NCBI GenBank assembly: GCA_951406725.2
Contig: OX597827.1
Span: forward strand, 45,632,001 to 45,696,000
Reading direction: 5' to 3'
DNA from: Octopus vulgaris
Lineage: Eukaryota
DNA: 64,000 nucleotides
Shown here: positions 43,434 through 56,688 of the stretch, one piece after another
Position numbering within the stretch: the stretch's first letter is position 1
Layout of the letters: each line of letters begins with the position of its first letter
Position numbers and translations under genes: made by a program
Notes under the pieces: generated by a model
Databases searched by the model: none
Told to the model about the DNA's origin: nothing
Seen by the model: the letters and a program-made list of their open reading frames with translations, nothing else

Positions 43434-43968
43434 TACAAAGTAAGAAAATGGAGAAATACATCCAAATCAAATATCAATTACCAGATAATACCCAATCACA
43501 TACTTAATTAAACCACCACATAAGAAACTTTAAGGTCAAACATAATAATATAGAACAAAACAGTGTACATAAAGGAGTGTACATAAAGGAGTAATATGAT
43601 ACAATAAGTACAATATGTATAAGAGAATATAAATATAAATAAATATAAATATAAATATAAACTACATCTTACAGCTGTTTCGGCCATGCAGATAAGTATG
43701 TCTCATTTTACTTGTATTAGCCATGTGTGGTAGGTCAATATGTAGTTATGTATATGATTTATTATGGGTATATGTAATTTGGTTTGTATTTCATACTCTC
43801 CGAAGAGGCCTTAGGATATTTTTGTAAATGTCTCATTTATAACTCATTTATATTATTATGTTTGACCTTAAAGTTTCTTATGTGGTGGTTTAATAAAGTA
43901 TGTGATTGGGTATTATCTGGTAATTGATATTTGATTTGGATGTATTTCTCCATTTTCTTATTTTGTAT
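43433..43968. repeat. Inverted repeat, ~120-bp arms, ~300-bp spacer
   Basis: Same peptide KKMEKYIQIKYQLPDNTQSHT appears on both strands in the ORF track. Confidence 0.9.
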
Positions 43969-44156
43969 TATGAATTTGTGGTAAAACATTTTACCTTTGC
44001 CCATATAATACAGTAAATGAATTAATTGCATCGCAATTCTTAACATTTATGTATTAACTTTGTTGGGTACTTCACTAGCAGTAGACTGGATATATGTTAT
44101 CCCATGGAGGGTTGCATTTACAACCCCTATCTCAATTTGTATATATATATATATAA

Positions 44157-44360
44157 CGGGAAGGTTTACGAAAATAAACAAAAGACGAAGGCAGGTAGAG
44201 TACAAACAAACAATGTATTAGTATGGCGGTCAGGAATAGAAATAAAACAAGTCTTTTACGTTTCGAGCCTACGCTCTTCGACAGAAAGATACACAGAAAA
44301 GAAACAAAGAGAGAAACAAGGAGAGAAAAAAATTGCGTTTAGGGGCTAACGATCCAACAT
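44157..44360 (-). mobile_element. Penelope-like terminal fragment with minimal hammerhead variant (44252-44289)
   Basis: Reverse complement tcttt-CTGTCGA-a-gagc(gtag)gctc-GAAA-cg-TA-aaaga. Confidence 0.6.
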
Positions 44361-44361
44361 G

Positions 44362-44507
<146 letters not shown>

Positions 44508-44739
44508 GATTTTATGCGGATCTGTTCGATGCATAAGTAACCGTATACCCACAAACTATATTGACTCATGTGTCGTTGTATGTAGATTCACGTGTATATA
44601 ATTGTGTGCACGTGAAGTAAAAAAAAAGCATATAAAGAAGGAAAACAAAAAGATGAAATGCGTACCTGTGTGTGTGTCTGTCTAGATGGGTATGTATGTT
44701 CGTACGCCCTCTATGTTTGTGTGTAAATGTGTGTGTTTG

Positions 44740-45210
44740 TTTGCTTGTGTGTGTATGTATGTGTGTGTGTGTGTCTGTGTGTGTCTGAGTGAAGGTCCAG
44801 TGTGTGTGTGTGTCTGAGTGAGCGTCCAGTGTGTCTGAGTGAGTGCTCGTGCAAGCGTCCTCTGTGTGTGTGTGTTTGTGTGTATGTATGTGTGTGTGTG
44901 TCTGAGTGAGTGTCCAGTGTGTGTGAGTGTGTGTGTGTGTGTGTGTGTGTCTGAGTGAGTGTCCAGTGTTTGTGAGTGTGTGTGTGTGTGTGTCTGAGTG
45001 AGTGCTCGTGCAAGCGTCCTGTGTGTGTGTGTGTGTGTATATGTATGTGTGTGTGTCTGAGTGAGTGTCCAGTGTGTGTGTGTGTCTGAGTGAGTGCTCG
45101 TGCAAGCGTCCTGTTTGTGTGTGTGTGTGTATGTATGTGTGTGTGTCTGAGTGCTCGTGCATGCGTCCTCTATGTATGTGTATGTGTGTGTGTGTGTGTG
45201 TGTGTGTATG
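44740..45210. repeat. TG-rich minisatellite (GTGTCTGAGTGAGTGTCCA / GTGCTCGTGCAAGCGTCCT units)
   Basis: Seen directly. Confidence 0.85.
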
Positions 45211-45864
45211 TTAATCTGTCGAAATTAAATTAACGCTTTTACCGTGTGTTATTTATTTTATTGTTCATAGCAAATATATAACAACAACAACAGCAACAAC
45301 ATCAGCAAGAACAACAATGATGTCGATTTATGTAATAAATCTACTTAATATGCATGTTGCTGTTATTGTTGCTCTTGTAGTGGCAGTCGTGGTGGTGGTA
45401 GTAGTGGTGGTGGTGAGGTGGTGAGGCGGTGAGGGTATCTGTTGCATCTCTATGCATCATGTTAGACTGCACTCTGTGACAGAGCCACCATCCGATTATT
45501 ACCACCACCATCACCATCACCCCTACCCCACCCCCACACCCCACCACCGTCTCGTCTTCCTCGCCACATCTCCCTCGCCTCATTTCCCCTCCACCGAATA
45601 TTTATCCCCACCCACCCGCCCGCCCTCCCACCCACACCAATCGCTCTACTTCTATTTCTCCCTTGAAGCGACACCAATTCTGCATTCCTTAAAATTCTTG
45701 TGGTGGGCCCCCCCCAGCGAAGGGAACTTTATAAGGAAGGGGTCCCCGCTATTTTTAAAGTATTATTTTTCATAATTTCCGCCAAAGCGATTTTATTCAT
45801 TTGCATGTGTGTGTGTTTGTTGTCTTGGTCCGGTTGTATCAGCACATCACCATACCTGTCTGTG

Positions 45865-46310
<446 letters not shown>

Positions 46311-46486
46311 TATCTAACCCATATCAACACACACACTCACAACTGCATTCATATATATATAAACACACACACACGCACACACGCATACACAGGCAAATAC
46401 CGCTGTGTTAAAAATAACATAACATACCGGTATTCCCCTTTCGAGATATTTCTCTTGGCTCCTTTCTGTATATGGGTTCCGTATAG

Positions 46487-46970
46487 ACGCAGGTGCGACT
46501 GTGTGGTAAGAAGCTTGCTTCTCAACCTCATAGTTCCGGGTTCAGTTCCACTGCGTGGTATCTTGGGTGTCTTCTACTATAAGCCTCGGGCTGACTAAGG
46601 CCTTGCCAGTGGATTTGGTGGAGGGAAACTGAAGATGCTTGTATATATATATAAATAAATGTGTGTCTGTCTGTGTGCGTGTGTGTATTGTTGTATCTGG
46701 GGTGGGTCATTTTGTTTTAATGCCATATTCATTAACACACTCACCGGTTCGATATCCTCTCATTTACTTATTTATTCATTTTTATAAAATTAATAAGTAA
46801 AAGAGAGGAAATTGAACCGGGGAGTGTGTTAATTAATAAGGCATTAAAACAGAATGACTCACCCCAGACACAACAAAATATGCTTCAACACACGAATTCA
46901 CAAAAAGAATCTTGCAAACCAAATACATAATACATACATACGTACATACATACATACATATATATATATT

Positions 46971-47005
<35 letters not shown>

Positions 47006-47272
47006 ATGTATTATGTATACGCGTGTGTGTGTAGATATTTATGAATGTGTGTCTTTGTGTCTATATTTGATCCCCACCATCGCTTGACAACCGATGATGG
47101 TGTGTTTACGTCCCCGTAATTTAGCGGTTCGGCAAAAGGAAACGATAAAATAAGTACTAGGCTTACAAAGAATAAGCCCTGGAGGTCAATTTCTTGAACT
47201 AAAACACCCTATAAGGCGGTGGTACTTCAGCATGGCGGCTATCAAACGATTGAAACAACTAAAAGAATAAAA
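46487..47272 (+). mobile_element. SINE family A split by a fold-back insertion (~46690-46925)
   Basis: Head 46487-46680, tail 47050-47272; insert is an inverted repeat of the 25615-25903 family. Confidence 0.75.
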
Positions 47273-47281
47273 GAATATATA

Positions 47282-47779
47282 TCTATATATATAAAACTGT
47301 AGTTGTGTGAGTGTCTGTCCCCTTCGATTTAGATTCCTAACTACCCCCCACATTTTGCGGTGCAGTTTAACCAAATTCGAGTATCTTATAGTCGTGATTC
47401 ATATCGAGCCCGTCTGAGTATTAGCGCGAGTCTACGATGAGTCTACGATTTTAAAAATAATTTAACATCATTTTTTATTCCATTTTAATGCATAATTTTT
47501 CGTGTGTCGATGGCGGCGGAGTTGGCGTCCATGGTCACACCTGCACCTGTTTGCTTTTCCCCCTTCTTCCCTCCCTCGTGAAGCTGTGGGGAAGGGAGTG
47601 TAAGGAAATCAACGTCGTAAAGCGTTGTCAAGGAGAACAACGACTTCATGGCTTGAAGACACCAAAACAGAAATGGCTAAGAAAGCCCGAATTGGCATCT
47701 ATAAGGGAAGTAACTCTCTAAAAATGCTTATATAGTTATTTCCCTTACAAACCCGAGCAACGCCGGGCGATACTGCTAG
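47282..47779 (+). mobile_element. Non-autonomous Helitron
   Basis: A|TCTATATATATAAAA start; CCCGAGCAACGCCGGG hairpin; CTAG|T end; homologous to the 26200 copy. Confidence 0.87.
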
Positions 47780-48091
47780 TATATATATATAATGATAAAT
47801 CTCAGAGCGAGTTATATATATATATATATACTTTCCAATCTTGACGACGATGATGATGATGATGATGATGATGAAAACGACGACGGCGACGTTTATGATG
47901 ATAGTGATGACGACGACGACGACGATGACTACGACATAAGGTCGCCTAGATTAATAGAGGTGGTGAAGGTGGTGGTCGTGGTGGTGTTGCTGCTGCTGAT
48001 GATGGTGGTGATGACGATGATGGTGGTGGTGGTAGGGATGTTGATGATATTAAGAATTGGAGGAGGAAGAGGAGAAGTTGTAAGAGTTGGA

Positions 48092-48577
48092 GATGAATGA
48101 GAAAAAGGAAAAGGAAGAAAGAAAGAAAGAAAGAGAGAAGAGACAAGATAGGCAGAATTGTAGAAGAAGAAGAAGAAGAAGAAGAAGAAGAAGAAGAAGA
48201 AGAAGAAGAAGAAGAAGAAGAAGAAGAAGAAGAAAAGAAGAAAAAGAAGAAGGATAAGAAGAAGAAAAAGAAGAAGAAGAGGAAGAAGAAGATGAATGAG
48301 AAAAAGGAAAAGGAAGAAAGAAAGAAAGAGAGAAGAGACAAGATAGGCAGAATTGTAGAAGAAGAAGAAGAAGAAGAAGAAGAAGAAGAAGAAGAAGAAA
48401 AGGAAAAGAAGAAAAAGAAGAAGGATAAGAAGAAGAAGAAAAAGAAGAAGAAGAAGAAGCAGGAGAAGGAGAAGGAGTAGGAGAAGAAGAAGAAGAAGAA
48501 GAAGAAGGAGAAGAAGAAGAAGAAGAAGAAGAAGAAGAAGAAAAGAAGAAAAAGAAGAAGGATAAGAAGAAGAAAAA

Positions 48578-48612
<35 letters not shown>

Positions 48613-48860
48613 AGGAGAAGAAAAAGAAGGAGAAGGAGAAGAAGAAGAAGAAGAAGAAGAAGAAGAAGAAGAAGAAGAAGAAGAAAAAGAAAAGAAGAAA
48701 AAGAAGAAGGATAAGAAGAAGAAAAAGAAGAAGAGGAAGAAGAAGAAAAAGAAGAAGAAGAAGAAGAAGAAGGAGAAGGAGAAGAAAAAGAAGGAGAAGG
48801 AGAAGAAGAAGAAGAAGAAGAAGAAGAAGAAGAAGAAGAAGAAGAAGAGGAAGAGGAAGG
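48092..48860. repeat. Polypurine (GAA)n tract containing a ~199-bp tandem duplication
   Basis: GATGAATGAGAAAAAGG...ACAAGATAGGCAGAATTGTAG at ~48092 and ~48291. Confidence 0.9.
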
Positions 48861-49030
48861 TGGAGGGCAACGACATCAACATTGTGATGACGTCGACGAA
48901 TGGAATTATATCTTGGAATGTCATACCTTATGTCGCTGACACCAAGAAGCTATGGCATGTCTCCTCCCCCCCACTCCGAAGTGGTACGGAAATGACTGGT
49001 TTTGTCGCATTCATCACAGGTATCATCGTT

Positions 49031-49075
<45 letters not shown>

Positions 49076-49124
49076 TTCATCCCCGTCGTCGTCGTAATCG
49101 TGTTCATCATCATCATCGTCGTCG

Positions 49125-49164
<40 letters not shown>

Positions 49165-49188
49165 TATCATCATCATCTTCTTCATCGC

Positions 49189-49221
<33 letters not shown>

Positions 49222-49244
49222 TTTGAGTTGTGCCGAAGTTCTAA

Positions 49245-49478
49245 CCTATATCTTTACTACCCACAAGGGGCTAGACACAGAGGGGACAAACAAGGACAGA
49301 CAAACGGATTAAGTCGATTACATCGACCCCAGTGCGTAACTGGTACTAATTTAATCGACCCCGAAAGGATGAAAGGCAAAGTCGACCTCAGCGGAATTTG
49401 AACTCAGAACGTAGCGGCAGACGAAATACCGTTAGACATTTCGCTCGGCGTGCTAACGTTTCTGCCAGCTCGCCGCCT
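49245..49478 (-). mobile_element. SINE family B, full length
   Basis: Colinear with other B copies. Confidence 0.92.
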
Positions 49479-49504
49479 AAGTTATAACCATTGAGTCGTT
49501 GGCC

Positions 49505-49685
49505 CACCATCATATTTCACCTTGTGCTGATGAACAACCAGAAGATCCCAAAGCAGATGGCGTACAGCGAGCTTGTCTGTAGAGAGATACTCTCAAGACA
49601 AACCAAAGCTGCTGTTTCAGGAAAGGGTAAATCTTCCTTGAAAGCATTTGGAATAAAAGAAGTCAGTTGCCGTAAAAAAAGGCGC
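49505..49685 (+). mobile_element. Old RTE-clade LINE C-terminal fragment
   Basis: HLVLMNNQKIPKQMAYSEL...KSSLKAFGI resembles HV.RM.D.RIPK...YGEL...K..LK..GI. Confidence 0.65.
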
Positions 49686-49711
49686 ATTTGAATGAACGTA
49701 CATATCTATTT

Positions 49712-49910
49712 ACTTTTACTTGTTTCAGTCATTTGACTGTGACCATGCTGCACACCGCCTTTTGTCGAGCAAATCGACCCCAGGACTTATTCTTTGTAAG
49801 CCTAGTACTTATTCTATCGGTCTCTTTTTGCCGAACCGCTAGGCTACGGGGACGTAAACACACCAGCATCGGTATACAAGCGATGTTGGAGGGACAAACA
49901 CAGATACACA
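49712..49910 (-). mobile_element. SINE family A, 3' half, followed by (TACA/TGCA)n to ~50510
   Basis: Seen directly. Confidence 0.85.
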
Positions 49911-50724
49911 AACATACACACACACACACACACACATACACACACACAAACATACATGCATACGTACATGCATACATAGATACATACGTGCATACATGCT
50001 TGCATAGGTACGTACATACATATATGCATGCATTCATACATGCACACATGTATACATACATATATGCATGCATGCATATATACATATATACATACATACA
50101 TGTATGCATACATACATACATACATACATCCATGCATACCTACATACATGCATACATACATGCATACATACATGTATACATACATACATGCATACATACA
50201 TACACACATGCATTCATGCATACCTACATACATACATACATACATGCATCCATGCACACATACATACATGCATACATACATACATGCATATATACATACA
50301 TGTATACATACATACATACCTACATATATACATGCATCCATACATACATGCATACATACATACATACATACATGCAGACATACATGCACACATCCATGCA
50401 TACCTACATACATACAGGCATACATACATACATGCATACATACATACATACATACATACATGCATACATACATACATACATACATGCATACATACATACA
50501 TACATACATGTATAACTGTGTCCATTCGTACTCAAGGATGACCATAACTGATTATTAAAAATAACTGTGCTTTTGACAGTGGCTCTTGAAACCCGATAAG
50601 CTTTTATATGTTACTTTAGCAAACTTTCATCTTCGCCTATTAAGAAACAGGTAAAGAACCGCATAGAGGTTTTTGAAGATGCACGCATTTTTCATGCACA
50701 ATCCAATTGAGCTGTATAAAATTT

Positions 50725-51012
50725 GTAAACACGTTCTCCGGCTTCAACCTTGCTGGATCGACCGTGAACCCGGGTATCGCTGTCTTTAACGTTGAGGAGA
50801 GAAACCCAACTACTTATAGGAGCCTAACCTGCCGCCGTCAATTTGTGCCTGTTGCCGTCGAGAATGCAAGTGTTCTCGGACCTTGCACTGCCAATTTCCT
50901 CCGCAAAATCGGGTTAACTGCGGCCAGTCTGAGAAACGAGCTCGGCGTGGTGAGACGGCTGCTGCAACGAATATCTCTGACCATTCTCTGCGGCAACGCC
51001 TGTGATGTCTGA
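50725..51012 (+). mobile_element. CRE-like non-LTR retrotransposon restriction-like endonuclease C-terminus
   Basis: FVPVAVENASVLGP.TANFL.KIG...LLQRISLTILCGNA.DV* fits the F.P.A.ET.G..GP...FL..LG...L.QR.S.A..RGNA pattern. Confidence 0.75.
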
Positions 51013-51125
51013 ACACGCCATTCGTTCTCTAGTGTACAACTCGTTACTCGCTCTACCACAACCTTCTGTAACGTAATCCTCCTTTTTAAAAAAAATTTTC
51101 TTTGTTTCTTTATAATTAAATTATG

Positions 51126-51534
51126 AGATCTTTTCGGTTTGAACGGCAATTTTTTTCTAGCGGTGTCATATGAAATATTATGACCCTAGTATCGATCTAT
51201 TGCATTTCAATCTGTTTTAGGGTTAGGGTTAGGGGTGGGGGGAAGGGTATCTTTTTTCTTCAGAAATGTAAATAAACCCAATCTGTTTCTTAAACGAGGG
51301 ACATATTCATACGGCACAGAATGCTTTCACCTCAATAGACGTCATTGATTGGTTGAAATTGCAGAAATTGAAGAAAAAAAACAACAACAAATATCTTACA
51401 AACCATAGAATGTTCTCAATAAAGCCAAGAGAAAAATATTTTTTATAAACACATTCTACCAGTATACGAAGTTTAAAAGTGTTTAGTTACGTGGAAATTA
51501 TTTTAAAAAACTGCCGTTCAAACCGAAAAGATCC
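51126..51534. mobile_element. MITE with (G)GATCTTTTCGGTTTGAACGGCA TIRs, internal TTAGGG and 8-bp TSD
   Basis: TSD AAATTATG at 51118-51125 and 51535-51542. Confidence 0.9.
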
Positions 51535-51989
51535 AAATTATGATTCAATCTTTACGTAAATAAAAATTTATTTGTAAAGTAGATGGGGTAAACTTTGTGT
51601 GTGATGCATGAAGTCATGCGTGTGTTTACAAGATTAAACTCAACAGTCACCAACAAAGCCGTCAGGTCAGACAAAAATTTCAGTTCAGTATGATCATGGC
51701 AAGAGATTCCCTAACATCCAGTATATATTAATGTGTGTGTGTGTGTGTGTGAATACCAATTCCTGGAATTCTTGTACCTCCGGATTACTGTTCTCATTCA
51801 TTCGGATTACTCCACTTACGTCTTGATTGGATATCATTACAATTTGTCTGTGACTCTACCACTTTATCTCGTCCTCCTCCTACCTATCTACTGTTCTACT
51901 TCACTTTTCTCTTTTTGTCGCCACCAATAACACCTACACCGACTCATTATGTGACCGCGTGTGTATCGTTGGCGATTTCCTTTCTCTGT

Positions 51990-52290
51990 CTTCCCAGACC
52001 GGGCGTTGTGAGTGTTTATTGAGCGAAAACACCTGAAGCACCACGAAGCTCCGGCAGTACTGCTGTACTCTTTCACCGCAACTTTCTCTCACTCTTCTTG
52101 TTTCTGTTGTACCTGTATTTCAAAGGGTCAGCCTTCTCACACTCTGTGTCACGCTGAATCTCCCCGAGAACTACGTTAAGGGTACACGTGCCTGTGGAGT
52201 GCTCAGCCACTTGCACGTTAATTTCACGAGCAGGCTGTTCCGTTGATCGGATCAAATGGAACCCTCACCGTCGTAACTGACAGAGTGCCA
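51990..52290 (+). mobile_element. SINE family C, 5' truncated
   Basis: Colinear with the 35612 copy. Confidence 0.9.
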
Positions 52291-52414
52291 CGTATGTATT
52301 CATGTACGTATGCATGTATGCATGTATGTATACATATGTACATATATTTATGCATGTATAAACGGTTGTATCTATCTCTCAACGCATCCTAATGTAATCC
52401 TTATTGCCCTTCGT

Positions 52415-52523
52415 ACATCCTGATGATTTTCCATACAAAGTATTTAAAATGCAAAATTATATATTTATATATGTTTTGTAATTTCAATTTTGTTTGTGGA
52501 ATGAAACAACTGTAGGGGAATGT
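52415..52523 (+). ncRNA. Hammerhead-like motif with long AT-rich stem II
   Basis: CTGATGA (52420-52426), ~75-nt imperfect hairpin ttcca...tggaa, GAAA-caactg-TA; stem I weak. Confidence 0.5.
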
Positions 52524-52891
52524 GTTGATTAATTAGAAAATTAATTTGTATCCATTGGATATCTCTGTTTCCTAACTCGATAATAATATATTTTACGATA
52601 TTTTATATGATATATTCATTGAAAAAATATTTCTTCAAAATATAATATATTAAACCAGTTTATCTTGGATAAAATATCCCTAAAAGAGATTTTAATATCC
52701 TCATTGTGACAAAATGAGTGCGTGTAATTATATATATATATATTCATAAATAAAGGCAAACGAAAAAATTTCTAATGCCAAATATGCCGAAAAATTGGAC
52801 ATATTGTCCATTAACTATATAATGTTTTCACAATACGCACGCTACTCTAAAAAAGGTGGACAGTAATTTCTAAAAAATTCCATTATTACCA

Positions 52892-52944
52892 TATCGGACC
52901 GATTTCAGGGTTAGCTTATAACAGCCCTCCCTTCGTCAGTGATA
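52892..52944 (-). ncRNA. Type I hammerhead-like motif
   Basis: Reverse complement tatca-CTGACGA-aggg...ccct-GAAA-tcgg-TC-cgata. Confidence 0.6.
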
Positions 52945-53349
52945 CATGTGGCAAAAGAAATAAATGAGATACTTACTCATACCCATGGAAGAAGCAAACA
53001 CTAAGACATGAGCACAATTAAGTACCCCAAATACATCCAAAATAGAAATACTCTAGCCCATTCGAGACACGTGCGATTTGAACTGATGCTCTCACAGAGT
53101 GAAAGAGTCCGGAAGTGAACGCTTAAATTTATATCTAATATAGGATAAAATTTTTTCGAAAAAAATTCATATCCCAAAAAATTTTATCAATGGCCAGCAT
53201 ATTAAAAAATATTTGGCATTAGAAATGTTTTCGTTTGCCCTTATTTATGAATTGTTTATAATTTTGGCCTTTAAAGGTATTTTTTAATATGCTGGCCATT
53301 GATAAAATTTTTTGGGAAATGAATTTTTTTCGAAAAAACTTTATCCTAC

Positions 53350-53512
<163 letters not shown>

Positions 53513-53558
53513 GCATATATATACTTGGATGCGTGGCGTTCAATCATATAATAATATA

Positions 53559-53607
<49 letters not shown>

Positions 53608-53610
<3 letters not shown>

Positions 53611-53975
53611 CGCAGGAGTGGCTGTGTGGTAAGTAGCTTGCTAACCAACCACACGGTTGCGGGTTCAGTCCCACTGCGTGGCATCTTGGGCAAGTGTCTT
53701 CTGCTATAGCCTCGGGCCGACCAATGCCTTGTGAGTGGATTTGGTAGACGGAAACTGGAAGAAGCCTGTCGTATATATGTATATATATGTATATGTGTGT
53801 GTGTTTGTGTGTCTGTGGTTGTCCCCCTAGCATTGCTTGACAACCGATGCTGGTGTGTTTAGGTCCCCGTCACTTAGCGGTTCGGCAAAAAGAGACCGAT
53901 AGAATAAGTACTAAAAGGTGGTGCTCCAGCATGGCCGCAGTCAAATGACTGAAACAAGTAAAAGAGAAAAGAGAA
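53608..53975 (+). mobile_element. SINE family A, near full length
   Basis: Colinear with the 18361 copy. Confidence 0.92.
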
Positions 53976-53996
53976 AGAGAAATATATATATTTATA

Positions 53997-54392
53997 TTTA
54001 TAAAATTTATGAATAAATGAAAGAATGGAGTTGAACGACAAATTAACAAATTTCCTTTATTTTCGACATATGTTTCGAAGGCTGCATATTCCTAATTGAT
54101 GAGAAAGCGGCATAATGTACTCCTTATTCCTTCACAATTAGGAATATGCAGCCTTCGAAACATATGTCGAAAATAAAGGAAATTTGTTATTTTGTCGTTC
54201 AACTCCATTCTTTCATTTATTCATAAATTTTATAAAAATACACACAAATTTCCACACGAAAACACGTAGTCTCTGCCCTAGGCACGTAACTTCAACCGTG
54301 TTATTTCTGATGTGAATTTGCTACCCAGGTATCGGTTAAACGAATTATCCATAAAAAGATATTTCATTTTTCTACTCAAATATATATATATA
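53997..54392 (+). mobile_element. Penelope-like fragment with ~100-bp fold-back (53997-54236)
   Basis: Right part is homologous to 60205-60490; left arm is an inverted copy of its 3' half. Confidence 0.75.
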
Positions 54393-54789
54393 TGTATATG
54401 CATATATGGGTACAGAACGTCACAAAACGTAAACAACATGAAATACGAAGGTAAACCTGGGTATGCAAATGGAAAACAAGACAAGTAATATAAAGAACGA
54501 CCCTTCATCAGTTGTCGGCTGTTCATCTGCTCCACATTTCGAGCATTTCACGACAAAATAAAATTTGTGATTTGATGAGTGTCAAAGTTGGTAACAAAAA
54601 AGGACAGTGGAGACATACAGCAAACCAAACCAAAACAAACATGTAGGGCCGTTGGGTCAGACGAGGTAAGGTAGTGAACAGTGGAGGGATATTGTCTTTG
54701 ACAATAGAAAAGATAGGAGAGGAAACAGATGAGAATGCATATGGTCTGTGCGACAGACTGAAGGAAAAGAAAGATAATCACGTGAGAAA

Positions 54790-54903
54790 AAAACCAAATA
54801 TACAAGAACAGGTGACGAAACAACAAACAAGGTGTATTAGTTTGACGCTCAGGGAAAGGCAAACGTTTTTGATGTTTCGAGCCAACGCTCTTCGACAGAA
54901 AGG
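54790..54903 (-). mobile_element. Penelope-like terminal fragment with minimal hammerhead variant (54867-54901)
   Basis: Reverse complement ttt-CTGTCGA-a-gagc(gttg)gctc-GAAA-ca-TC-aaa. Confidence 0.55.
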
Positions 54904-55506
54904 AATATGTGTGTATGTGTGTGTGCATGCATACACGTATTATATATGTAGGTGTGTATGTATGTATGTATGTATGTATGTATGTATGTATGTATGTATG
55001 TATGTATGTATATATGTATGTGTGTGTGTATGCATGCGCTTATACGCACGGATGTGTACACAAAAGAAGAGCGTACTCAATGTATAATGTAGAGGATTAA
55101 AGCAGACATTGCATCAATCGGTCGCGTATAACGTATGTGTATTTCTGTGTGTATAAATATATATATATATATATATACATATGTAAATAAGTAAATACAT
55201 ACACATAAATATATGTATATACACACACACTCACACATATGCATGTGTGTGTGCACGCATATGTGTGTAAATGTTCAGGGAGAGGCATATGGAATAAATA
55301 AGATGAGTAGACGAGAAAAAAAAAGAGAGGAAGAGAGAAAGAGCAGAGGGGATGCATAAAAATGTAAGGGTTTGCAAGAATCAGCTTAGCTTAAAGAAGA
55401 CGTGGGCGATGGGAGAATGGGAGGGAAGGGTTCGAAGAAAAGGGGGCAATAATAATAAGGCACTCACAACAAAGAAACATAAACACAGATATATATATAT
55501 ACACAC

Positions 55507-55538
<32 letters not shown>

Positions 55539-55583
55539 GACCCTCCTGTTTCAGCGCATATACGCATACACAGACGCACAAAG

Positions 55584-55645
<62 letters not shown>

Positions 55646-55923
55646 GCACACAAGTACACTGAGACGCAAAGGTATGTGTCAGAAGTTAGTGATGGCGAGT
55701 AATTAAACTTATATATTGTTGTTGCGGTGGTAGTGGAAGTGGTGCTTCTCGTATTTGTGCTGTTGGTGTTGGCGGCGGCGGCTGAGGCGGTGGTGGAATT
55801 GGTGGCGGTGGTGGCGGTGGGTACGTTGCTTGTTAGTGGCTAAGGTGACGTCAGTTTTATGAGGTGAAAAATATGATGGGTGAAAGTAAACGGTATTGGT
55901 AGTAGTAGTAGTAGTAGTAGCAA

Positions 55924-55964
<41 letters not shown>

Positions 55965-56221
55965 TCGATGGAGGCGGTTATGGCGATAGTTGTGATGATA
56001 GTGGTGGGAGTAGTAGTAGTAGTAGTAGTAGTAGTATTGGTGGTAGTGGTAGTGGTGGTGATATTCATGCTGGTATTAGTGGTGGTGACGGTGGTAGTGG
56101 TGGTGATGGTTGCAATGTCTGAGAAGTCGTTAGCGGCGGCGGTGGAGGGCGACGGGGTGGGGGGTGGGGGGGTGGGGGTGGATGGATGGAGGCGGCAGCG
56201 GCGGCGGCGATGGTATTCAAA

Positions 56222-56252
<31 letters not shown>

Positions 56253-56491
56253 AAATAAAAACGTTTGCAGCTGCAGCGACAACAGTTCGCCATTCCAATA
56301 CAGATCGGCTCACCTGATGCATTCCATGCATGACATGCATGGCATGGTATTAGCATGACATGGCATTGTTGGCCTGACACGTCACGACATGGTATGTGGT
56401 GAGAATGTGTGTACGTGAACGCGCCGTTTATATATGGCGGTGTTTGTTGACAGAGGACGTGTGTGTGACAGTTTAACATTCTCTCAATCAC

Positions 56492-56541
<50 letters not shown>

Positions 56542-56656
56542 TCAGTCTCTCAGTCCCTCTCGCTCTCAGCTTCTCTCTCTCTTTCACTGTCTAGCGCTCT
56601 CTATACGTCTACGTCTACATATACAAATACATTTACACGCACACAGTAGGGACTAA

Positions 56657-56688
<32 letters not shown>

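Noticed and set aside
47929-48924. Poly-F/S/L and poly-E/K ORFs
   Set aside because: (GAA)n tract.
54495-54555. Permuted hammerhead (GAAA before CTGATGA on the minus strand; similar at ~11865 and ~61240)
   Set aside because: No convincing combination of cleavage triplet and closed stem I.
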